The notes under the pieces are model-generated. The model searched no databases, had not been told where the DNA came from, and saw only the letters and a program-made list of their open reading frames with translations. Shown here piece by piece: positions 49,301 to 61,300 of a stretch of 64,000 nucleotides of DNA (position 1 is the first letter of the stretch; the number at the start of each line of letters is the position of its first letter). Origin of the DNA: Phoronis australis (Eukaryota > Animalia > Phoronida); the NCBI GenBank assembly GCA_002633005.1, contig NMRA01000308.1, positions 438,305 through 502,304 of the forward strand. The letters run 5' to 3'. The position numbers and the translations under genes are program-made.

Positions 49301-52300
49301 GCGGCAGACCTTAGTTAGCCTCGGTGCCAGCTACCAGTGAAGACTATCGTCAAAATACAGCTTGTTAGTAGGCCTATACAGCTTTGCGCCAAGGCTACCC
49401 TTAGGCCTAACTAGTCGCTGGCCGCAGCGCTCGCTCAAACGAGGTTTATTTAGAACTTGGGTACTTCTGGCGAACTGTGCAAAGAGATTTCCCCAGACTT
49501 TGCATGAGCACACCAAGCCTAAAAGCCTGGGGGGCTGGAATTTTTGGGAATGTCTATCTTTTACTATAAGATTCAGTGGGTATGTTCAGAGCTATGAATT
49601 GCAGACGCTAAATTTTGGTACTTCCTGTCTTCTAGTGGAATTTTGGTTCTACTTTTTTCGGAATTCGGGCTTCTCTGACTGCGGCAGACCTTTTTCCAGT
49701 TCTCCAAAAAGGGAGCTCGTTAGAGCACAAAAGTATGAGAAGTCCAATACAAAATGTTATCATTTTTATTCATTAACCCAAAATGATTCACGAAAATTGA
49801 ACAAAGTTTCTTTTTTGTAGCAACGTTTGTCAAAAGGTATCAATGTTAAATCTTCACAAATTACAAAGTAGCCGATTGAACATGCCTCTCAGTTCAGCAA
49901 AAGTCGCCATGTTATCGGTACCGCCAGAAATGAGACGAAGTCCAACGGGAATTGTGAGCACATTTATCACTTAATGAGTAACAACTGCGAGCCTGAAATT
50001 TGGTGAACACTGTTAAATCGTGCAGAATAGTAAGTAAGGATATGTCTAACTAATTTTCACTGTAATTTGTTGGTAAAAACAATTTACACAAATTTTTGAA
50101 CTCGTAACTCATCCCGCTGTCCTCCAATATGGCCGACGCGATCCAAACAAAGTGACCCAAATTTCGCCACAAAACTTGCAATAACTTTACACTTCTAACC
50201 CCGATTTTGATACTTTTTCGATTTTTACTGATTAGAATGCACTACCTTTCCGATGATAGCAAAGTACTTTTTCAAAGCGAGAAAAAAATAAAACCGAAAA
50301 AAATTGGTTCGACTCATAGTGGTTCCCAGGTTCGACCGGCCTACGTAAGGAATTAAACACCAATGCTATTTTAACATACTAAGTACGCGCTACATTCCAA
50401 AAAAAATCAACGACCACTAACTACAAACTATAAATACAGTACATATGCAAACGAATCACGAGATATTACTAATAAACCAAAAAAATGAAGACTTTTCGAG
50501 CAAGCGATAGCACATTCAGTTACAAGGAAAAAATGGCGGCGTTCAGGACAAGTTCCTGAACTGATGAGCCGGAAATGTGGGTACGGAAATAACCGATGAC
50601 AACCGGTAATCATACGCTCAGAGAGAAGGGTCAAATACTGTTCAAAAATCGCTTTTGGCAAGAAAGGCGAAAAGAGCATAAAGAAAGGGTGTCGAAAATA
50701 AGATTTTATGTAGATTTTATGTAGTAAGTATTTTCGGATAGTGAACCACATGGGCAGTTTGAGAGAAGGACTTAAAGGCATGGAATACATGCATTTAGCA
50801 GTGAATAAACATTTTACAGTCTTGGTATTGCCTATACACCTAGATCATTACACTGAGTTTACTGTGGCAGATGAACTCTGATGACACGCACCCGCTTGCT
50901 CATTCACACAACACATGCAGACGAACTTCAAAACAAACGTCACATGACAACAGCATGTTTGTTCGTCCAGATTTTTCTCATGTTGCGGGTACGATCTAGT
51001 GCCAATTTGGACTTAATCTGCTAGTTGATCCCCACACCACAGGAATTTCTTATTTACTTGTATCTCGTTGGCAGGAGTGCTGTTTTGGTGGTCTGTTTGA
51101 GTGACAGGTGACTCGTAAGTGTGTCACCCGCTCTGCCCCAGAAACAAACCAGGGTTACACATACTGCCTGTCTGTGTTTGGTTTGCGAACAGTGAAGATG
51201 TTGAGCACCAATGGATATTGCAAATAATCAGTCAAGGCGTGTTGCATGACAAATATATATATATATATTTCCTATAACAAAGTTTGGTAAGTCGATTGTG
51301 TTCAGAGTCAGTAGCATCACTGTTTATGTTTTTGAGGACATCGTGTGAATTTCTTGTCAGCAATAATGATCACAAATCTACGCGTCTGTTCAGACGGTCT
51401 GAAACTGAAGTCGAAACATTATCTGCGGCCAAACCGCATAAATTCTAAGATTCCGGACACCGTCGATTTTGCTGTCTCTCATATTTCTGAAATTTCAGAC
51501 CTCCAATATTGCCAATTTCTAAAATTTTGCACATGTTCAAAATAATTATTTTTTCGCTGTCCTAAATTCGTGAATTTTTACCGTAGTTGTAAAATTGGTT
51601 GAAAATATTTTGTTTTATTTTACCATGTCAGAGTGTACACGCAAACTCCACCTTTGAAGTTTGAAGCATGCAGAGAGGAATACATAAATACAAAAATGCT
51701 GCCTAATAAAAATCTGAACAATTTTTTTGTTTGTGCACTTTGAAGAAAGGATGGTTTCGAAAAGTATGCTCTGCACAGTTCTGAGAAAAGTGTACGCTCT
51801 CTACAGTCCTGAAAATGCTGTACGCTCTCTACAATCCTGAGATAGTAAAGAGCATGCTCTTTACAGTCCTAAGAAAAGTGTATGCTCTGTATGGTCCTGA
51901 GAAAAGTACGTTCTATACAGTCCTGAAAATGCTATAATTGTGAAAACTAAAGGCACTTACTGAACTCCGTTGTTTTCACCTTAACGATAAACAGGACTCC
52001 AAGAAAAAATCTCTCGCACAGATGACCACACCTTTTATTTATTTAAGGTAAGTATTATCTTGTCAGATTGACTGAAAAACTAAACAATCCTATGAACTGT
52101 TCTGTTATGGTGCACGTATGAGTTCGTGCAATGCCGTGACAGAGTTTTGTGAGCCTGTTCCAAAATGGTGAGCATTATTTACCCATGCGGGATTGAACTC
52201 TCCTCATTGGTGGAGGTAGACAAATGCATTAATGCTTTTAAAATGTCCGTCACTCCTGAGTTGATTAACACATCTAGCACTAATTTTTGCCCTTTTTGTC

Positions 52301-55300
52301 AGTTTCTGGGTGTCGGCATTGCAACCCAAATTCAACAATACAAATTTAGCTGACTTGTACATTATATTTTGCTTGTGAAGAACAAGTGCTTAGCATGTGT
52401 GTTGCATTCTGGGTGAATACTTCAGAATGTGGGTGGTACTGTGCTTCTTCAGGTTGGCCTATTCCTATCACTTTGTGATTACTTCAATTTGTTACTTATT
52501 GCATTTTTATAGAACTTTACCTACTATTGTTTGTATACACCGACTTAAAAAATATGTACATTTTGGTGCCTATTATTGTATTTTGGTTGTCTGTACTGGT
52601 ATAAATACATAAAATGTTTAATATGTTCTCTGCATTTTCTAGTCCTATGCTACAATTTTGGATATGTGGTCCAAGAAAGGATCTAAAATAATGTTTTGCC
52701 ATTTCACCACTGTTGGTGCGTATCAATGCTCTGCATGCTATGAACAGTCCCACTAAATAAGATAGGTCCTAACCCCGGTCGTCAAGGTAAATGGTGGGGT
52801 ATGGAAAATTGAACTAGACCGTATTTATCCACCTTGGCTGAGTCGCGCTCGGCTCACGATCAAAGGGATGCCGCCAAGCTGCTCTATTCATCGAGTCACG
52901 AGCGAGGATAATTAGCTTCGCTCATGCGGATATGATCAGCTGATTACAATCTACCTAGCAGAATGTACTTTTTGTGGAGAGAGTTACAAGTAGTTTTTAT
53001 TGTAATATTTGAAAAGAGGAGCGAAAACAAATATGAGTACAACTTTGAATTTTTCAAATCGGCCCAGGATAAGAGATTTTGCAACAAAGCAACACTCACG
53101 ATTACTTTCAATCGGCGCGCACGAATACAAAAATATAGGACCTAAGTTATTTAGATTTTGGAACACATGCATTGCAATATTCAAAATATGTTTATTATGA
53201 ATCTTACAAGCTGTAAAACAACGTTGTTTAATTTCATTGTGCTCATTCATTGTCATCCGTCAAATCGGCAATTTCCGAGATGTGATCTGCGGCGTGCGCG
53301 TATGTGTACAAAACACGTGATTGTTATGTTCCTGAAGTACGAAAATTAAGAAGGCTTTAACATGCCGTTATTATTGACAGGGACACGATAAAACGAATTT
53401 GGATTTTGACTATAGTCTTGATACAGCGATCTGACTGACCACTGCGTCAGTGTCTCCGTTAGACCCAGAAATTTCACACAGCCCGGGTAGTTCATTTCGT
53501 CCCCAACATGTAGATCGAGCCTTGGACTATTAATACTCCACGGCAGAGCTAACGACAGTCGGCCTGTGCACACAAAATCTGTGAGTTAACCAGCACTCAC
53601 CTTGCACGTTACAGCCGTTTAAGTGAAAAACAATCTAGTAAACGCCATTTTCTTGCATAATCCTCCGCCTTTTGTAACAAAAAAGTCTATCGTCGATGAC
53701 CCGCACACGCACGCTCACTCACTCTCATACACAGACGACCTTCAAAACAAACGTCACGTGACAACAACATGTGTGTTCATCCAGAGATTTTTCTCTTGTT
53801 GTGGAGTACGATGTAGCGCACATTTGGACTTAATCGCAATTAATCTGGACTCCACATGAACTTTAAAAATTGTAAAACATCAGGAAGATTTCAGGTAATT
53901 TGTTGAGTCGAAACTATATTTTTATTCAAGAGTACAAGTTTTCCTATTGACGATGGCGATTCAGCGGCGACGCATCAGTCGGCAAGTTTTCGCCCTGTGA
54001 TGAGCACAATTTTTTGAAAAATTATCGTAATTTAACAACAGAAGTTCATAGCAATGCACCACAATTTTGTAGAAAGACTGTCATAGGCTAAAAATACGTC
54101 ACAGAGCGTAAATTTTATGAATCCTAGCTTCCGATTTTAACCGTTTGGGAAACCGGCTTTCAACTGCCGTAGGCTACAATGAGAATCCCCTCCCCGTGAA
54201 ATGAATTTTTCTAAGCGTTTATTGGAGCCGATACAGTGTACAGCTTTCCACCAAGGCTAGGTGATGCTATGACATTATTCTTTGTTGCATTAGTAACTGG
54301 TCTTGGCTAATTATAATTTTATGGCCTGGTCATCCATTCAGCCAAAAGTAGTTCTAAAGGTGGCTTATCAGCCAATTATTCACGCATGCTGACTCACAAT
54401 AGAAGCCTGATAAGAGTGAAGGTGGATAAATGTGGTGTTCCTACAATTTCTTGTTTTAGTGGATGTGTTCACGACATGTGCAAGGCTATTCCTTGAATCT
54501 TAATGTCAGTCATAACATCGCATCTTTCCGTGGGCTGAAAGTGATCCATGAATGCACTGTGTATTATTTCAGGTCCTCAGAGCACACATTCTGCCCCTGA
54601 CCAATGTAGCTTTTAACAAGTCAGGATCAAGGTAAGTCAACTGCAGTTGGAGCACACTCCCTCAGTGTACATTTACATTAATTTTGCTTTGGTTTGAAAT
54701 TCATTAAATTATTTTGTTGACTCTCTTTAAACACTAGACTTCACAACAACAGATGGACAGCTACAAGGCATGAGACAAACTCTTTTTGTGATTTAAATTG
54801 TGAGTATTGGGAGTTTAATCATAACATATCAGTTATGTTATTTTGTAATCCGTATTAGCGTCCTTTATGCATCAAGGCTTGGAATTTTCCGCGGAAACGC
54901 GGATTTACACTTTTTTCTTTTAGCCCCTCCGCGTATTTTTGTTATACTTCCGCGGAAAAATCGGATTTGCCATGAAACTATCGCGGCAAATTGGTTTCTA
55001 ACCAACGGCTCGAAAAGCGGAAACTGCTCTTTATGTTTCGGAGGAACGAAAATTGTAATTGCGGATCACAGGCGCTCAAATTTCTCGATGACTCGTAACC
55101 ATATACAAGAAACATGCTTTCTGAGTAGTGAGTGACGTCAGCGGCAATCGAGCAACAGATAAATTCAAGCGCCTGTGCCTGGGATAGCGTGGTTCTTCAA
55201 TGGCGTCTGCATTTGGTATAAAATCGCGGCGACAAATAGTGCGATTCTGCTGTCAAAAATGCGTGGAGCCTGGAGTAGACAGAGTATTTAGTGGAAAAGT

Positions 55301-58300
55301 CAATGTCTTCAAAAACAACATAAGTCAAGGTTTGTGCTCTGTAAACTTTGAGAGAGGAACAATTGCGGAGTGCGTGGGCGAGTTGCCTCGGACTAAGTTG
55401 GAGGAGTCGGAGGATCGACTGAAAACAATGAAACCCCAGAAATAACAACGCTCCCTTAAAGGAAGTTCAACTGTAACCGGTTATTTGTTGGATTGGAATC
55501 GTAGGATGTGGGTGATGTATGAAATTCTTTTGTTTGATCCCACTTGCACTCCCGTTGCCGTTGGCTGCTAAGCCCTAACTAAGGCCTGACCGCTTTGAGT
55601 GCAATTTTCTACGTACCGCCGAATTAAATGTGTATGTATTTCAGGCTTTCTAGGTAATCTATGCATCAATTTTCATTTTTTTTGTAATTTTGTATCGTAA
55701 TCATAAGAATTGAAAATAATGCAAAGTAGTGCAGCAAATCAAGAATAGGCTCCTGCCACTCAGACTGCAAATTTTTCATCATTATCGCTATTTTAATTTT
55801 AGAAAATATTTTTTGTTGTATCTAATTGCCTTCATTGTTGTTGCTGAAATAGATATCAGGTACTGCTTAAGATGAGTGCATTTTGCCGACACGACACAGT
55901 AACTTTCGATCCGTTGAGGTATGGTTTAGATTGAAATGTGTATTTAGGGCTGTAAAAATTTCCTCTTTTTTTGTCATGGGTCATTCCAAGCCCTGATGCA
56001 TAAGCAAATAATTGAAAATAATTGAAAATTGTCTGCCTTTCGATACAACTCTACACAAACTGTCATGATGCCATTGACTTGTACAATGACTGGATCCTTA
56101 ATGTTCTATCTATTTCAGCTTCATCACAGGTAGCTACGACCGCACCTGCAAGGTGTGGGACACTGCCTCGGGGGAGGAACTGCACACTCTAGAGGGACAC
56201 AGAAATGTGGTCTACGCAATAGCTTTCAATAATCCATTTGGGTGGGTACTGTTTGGTTATGTTACGACTATCAATTGGGATGTACCTTACTTGTGACATA
56301 TATTGATTAGCTTGGCTGCTGTACTGTGATTTGGGACATAATCACCTATAGTCTTCAAGTTAGTACATCAGTGTATATGACTGGTGTACTGTGATTTGGG
56401 ACATAATCACCTATAGTCTTCAAGTTGGTACATCAGTGTATATGACTGGTGTACAAATATTTCATTTGGATCAGTCTGAGTAAAATTGAGCAGAATAAAA
56501 TTTGACGAGAATTTAATGTCATTAAAACTCCCATCTTCCATAAGTTGTAATGGTTACTGGTGCTAAACATTTCAGTATTCCATTACTCTGCTGCTAAATT
56601 TGTGGGGCAATTGTTTGCATAAGCATTGAGCACCATGAAATATATTGTCACTGTCACTGTACAATTTATTTTTTTTTGCCAATTCTTCAATAAACTGTTC
56701 TCTATTCATCAATTCTAAACAAGATAGCACAATTGTTTTCACATCTCAGTGATCATAAACAGCAGTTATGAGCACATTTTACTTCATTAACATTGTCATC
56801 TTTTCCTGAAACTTGTCACGATACGTACCAAAAATGAGTAAGTGGGGAGTGTGAGAGTTGCGAACGTTCTGTTTTGAAGTTGACGTTGGAATTTTCTTTG
56901 TTACAAAGGTGGGAGAATAATTCAAGTAAACGACGTTGACTAAGATCGTATTTCCTTCACACATTTCTTATCAGTGCTGTGCGTTATGTTTTTGCCATTG
57001 ATATAGCTGGAATTTACTGGAGATCATATTTAATTTGTGTAGCCAATTTTGGTGACAATTCTTTAATTTGGGACAAAAATTAAGTTAAAATTGCCACATT
57101 GTTGCAAATGTTCAAATTTGTACCTATTGTTGTTTGATAATAGCTACGCNGTACAATTTATTTTTTTTTTTTGCCAATTCTTCAATAAACTGTTCTCTAT
57201 TCATCAATTCTAAACAAGATAGCACAATTGTTTTCACATCTCAGTGATCATAAACAGCAGTTATGAGCACATTTTACTTCATTAAAATTGTCATCTTTTC
57301 CTGAAACTTGTCACGATACGTACCAAAAATGAGTAAGTGGGGAGTGTGAGAGTTGCGAACGTTCTGTTTTGAAGTTGACGTTGGAATTTTCTTTGTTACA
57401 AAGGTGGGAGAATAATTCAAGTAAATGACGTTGACTAAGATCGTATTTCCTTCACACATTTCTTATCAGTGCTGTGCGTTATGTTTTTGCCATTGATATA
57501 GCTGGAATTTACTGGAGATCATATTTAATTTGTGTAGCCAATTTTGGTGACAATTCTTTAATTTGGGACAAAAATTAAGTTAAAATTGCCACATTGTTGC
57601 AAATGTTCAAATTTGTACCTATTGTTGTTTGATAATAGCTACGCCTTACAAACCATGCTAAAAGCAAATTAAATTTTCCTGAAAAGTTATTTTTGTTGAG
57701 AAACAAGGCAAAATGAAATATCACCTGTCTGCTGTACTGTTTACCAATTTAAAGAGTTTTTATCGTGCTGCTGTCATTGCTTTGGAAGTGTTGGTTAAAC
57801 CAAACATGTCATGATTGTTGAAGGTTTCCTTAATTTGTGAATTTTCAGTGACAAAATTGCCACTGGCTCCTTTGACAAAACTTGTCGGTTATGGAGTGCT
57901 GAGACTGGGAAGTGTTATCATACATTCCGAGGCCATACAGCTGAAATTGTAAGTAGTCTGGCAATATATATGGAAGAAGGATTTGATTATCTTGTTGGCA
58001 CTGTTGTATGTAGCTGCAAAATTGTTTCAAGTGGAAGTGTAAAGCTGTCAATGCAACAATGTTATCAAATCCTCTGTAAGACTAAGATTCTATGACTATT
58101 AGTAGCAATGATTGTATCCTGTCTGGAGAATAGTTTTCCCTCTACAAACACACAAATTTCAGTCTGTCACGTCTAAGTCTGTCGCAGAAGAAACAACCTA
58201 CGGTAAAATCTCACCAATTTTGAACAAAAAGAATATTATTGATAAAATTGCCTAATTATTTTAATGTTTCAAAGGCTTCTAACATTGTTGTGGATGCCCA

Positions 58301-61300
58301 TCACTTTTGTTTTGTGTTTTTTCTTGACCATAAATTGCTAATAAGACATGGGCACAATGGAGCTTAATTGACTCTGGCCTGTTACTGCCTTCCAGGGAAT
58401 AATTAAAAAATTAGGCATGTCCATCTTGAGTGTCATCCTCACTATGCATCACTTTTCTAAGGCAATAGCATGTGTACAGTCAATTCAATCTAGTTATTTT
58501 AGAAATTTACCTGAAGGACAAGCTTTTTTTTATCAGTCACATTTGACGCAAGCGAGGTTCAGGATATAACATAATTTTTAATTCAACTCTTGTGAAAAAA
58601 GAACTTTTGAATTGATGAAAATGACAACCTACCACCAGCTAGAAAGAATTTTAGTAACTAGTTGGTCAACTAATTTTAGGTAATATTTATTATTATGAAA
58701 GAAATGATCAGAGTATGTGTCAGTTAATATAGAGTGTACAACACACACAAAACGTATAGTACCCCAAAGGTATTTATATGCAAACTACTGCTACAGAAAT
58801 GAACAACAGGCACACGTCTTGATCATGTTCTCTGTCTCTTCTATTAGGTATGTCTGGCCTTCAACCCACAGAGCACTGTCTTAGCATCGGGTAGTATGGA
58901 TACCACAGCTAAACTTTGGGACATTGAAAAGGGTTTCGAAATATGTACGCTAAGTGTAAGTTACACTATGTTATTAAAAGACTATTTTTGGGAATGTCTA
59001 AGACATTTGTAATACCAAGTTGTGTTTTCAAAAGATCTCAGCTGTGTACCTTTGATTTTTCAAGAGTGAAATGTTCACTGAATACATTAATTGCATTTGT
59101 TAGCTTTTTTACCAGATAGGAGCTGATGTACACTGTCTTGATATTTTCAATTTGTCTTCCTGTTCAGTATTTTCCCTTTTCTTGAAACTGTGCTTCTGCT
59201 TACTTGTAACATCGTAGACAAATTAAGAGTGACATATTCCAAAATTTTCTTCAGGGGCTTTCAGCTTTTACTTGGCAATAAGGAAAATAATTGAACTCCA
59301 GACGTTGAGGAGGCTTGTCTAAAATAATGGCAAATCCTTTCAAATCCCACTTGGATTGTGTATTATTTTCCCCTGCAGTACTGTGTGCTTTGTAACAACT
59401 GTGTCACATTCTGCTTTACAGGGTCATTCGGCCGAGATTATCTCACTCTCATTCAACTCGTCAGGTAGTAAGCTAATCACAGGCTCGTTTGATCACACAG
59501 TCTCTGTCTGGGATGCTCACACGGGAACGTGAGTAGACCTAATTGTACTGTGTAGTTAACTCATCTCATTTGGTCTGACCTACAGGATGTTTAAAGCAGT
59601 AATTGCAGCACACTTTGAATTAATTTGTTGTTACATCTCTCTACACCATGTGTAATCAAGTTGTGGTACACCCATGATAATGTTGCAGTAACTCCATCTG
59701 TTGTTAGTGAAGACAATATTTTATCCCTTCAGCTTAACACTGTGTTTGCTTGAGGCTTTATCTGTTGTGCATATTACAGTCGCATTCACACACTAATAGG
59801 ACATCGGGCTGAAATCAGCAGTGCACAGTTTAACTGGGACTGTTCACTCATTGCAACTGGCTCTATGGACAAGACATGCAAGATTTGGGATGCAACCACA
59901 GGTAGGTTTTGTTGGGATCGAAACACCAGGCTTGGGTTTGGTTGTGGATTTTTATGCGCCCACATATTCATATGTGGACGCATTATGCCGTCATCTCCGT
60001 CTGTCCGTCCGGGCGGCGTCCGTCCAGCACCCGTTGCTCTATCTCTAAAACCCTTTGACATACGTTCATGAAATTTGGCACATATGTTCCATTCATGAAT
60101 GGGATGGCATGAGCGAACTTTCGGACGGATCCGACTACCGGTGTGCCGCCTAGTGGCAATTTTAGTTTTTTACGCTTACCTTTTGTATCTTCAAAAGTCC
60201 TCAACGGATTTTCATGAAATTTGGTATGTAGGCACCTATTAGTGAGATGATGCTATCCTCCTTTTCAGATAGATTCGACGTAGTTTGCACCACCTAGTGG
60301 CCATTTTTACTGTTTTCGAGTCTGATTTTTTTTCGTCCACCCCTCTATCAACCAAACCGCTCAAAGGATGATTTTGAAAATTGGCATGTATGTGCTTACT
60401 ATGAAGAGAACGGTTGGCGATGATTTTCCGACGATTTCGACTACGGCGCCTCCTAGTGGCAGTTTTGTTTTTGTTTGTTATGGCTGTATCTCCTAAACCG
60501 TTCGCAGGATCTTTACTTAATTTAGCAAGTGTATTAATATGATGTTGACTGCGGATGACGACGATTTTTGGACAGATCTGATTACTGCTGTGCCCCCTAG
60601 TGGCAATTTTAGTTTTTTACGTTTAACTCAGTATCTTCAAAGGTAGTCAACAGATTTTCATAAAATTTTAAATATAGGCATCTGTTGGTGTGATGACGTT
60701 ATCTTCCTGTTTTTGAATGGAATCGAGGTATTTTGCACCATCTAGTGGCCATTTTTGCTGTTTTCAAACCTTGTTTTTGGTGTCCACCACTGTATCAACC
60801 AAATCCTTTGAAAATTGGTATATATGTTCTCAGTGTGAAGACGACCTTTGATGATGGTGACTGACTACTGTGGCGCCTCCTAGTGGTAGTTTTGTTTTGC
60901 GCCCATAGTTGTATCTCTTAAACCCACTGCAGGATCTTTACTAAATTTAGTAAGTGTATTTATATGAAGATAACAACAGATGACTTTCAGGCGGATGTAA
61001 CAGACACTGTGCCCACAAGTGGCAATTTCATTTTATTCTGTTTTCCTTTGTTTCTCTGAAGTTCCTTGACAGATTTTTATGAAATATGGCATGTTCCTAT
61101 TTTTGGATGGATTGTATGTTTTTGTGCCATCTAGTGGCCATTTTTATGATACAAATACATCACCCTAAAAGCACACCATTTGCAATGCATTTGTGGGCAC
61201 ATTTCAGCGCTCCGCGTTGCTCTTGTTTGAGTGTTGGTTTTCTAACCTTGCCTCTCCCCGTTGGACACAACTGACTGGTTGCCCCTTTGTCAAATCCTAC

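Larger units (their letters stand above)
48626..51994 (+). other. DAW1: U12-type (minor spliceosome) GT-AG intron of DAW1
   Basis: 5' site GTATCCTTT; branch TTTTCACCTTAAC (51973-51985) ending 9 nt before the intron end, with no polypyrimidine tract in between. Confidence 0.85.

Noticed and set aside
56659-57645. 495-bp tandem duplication as a biological event
   Set aside because: Near-identical copies joined by a single N, typical of overlapping contig ends or haplotypes
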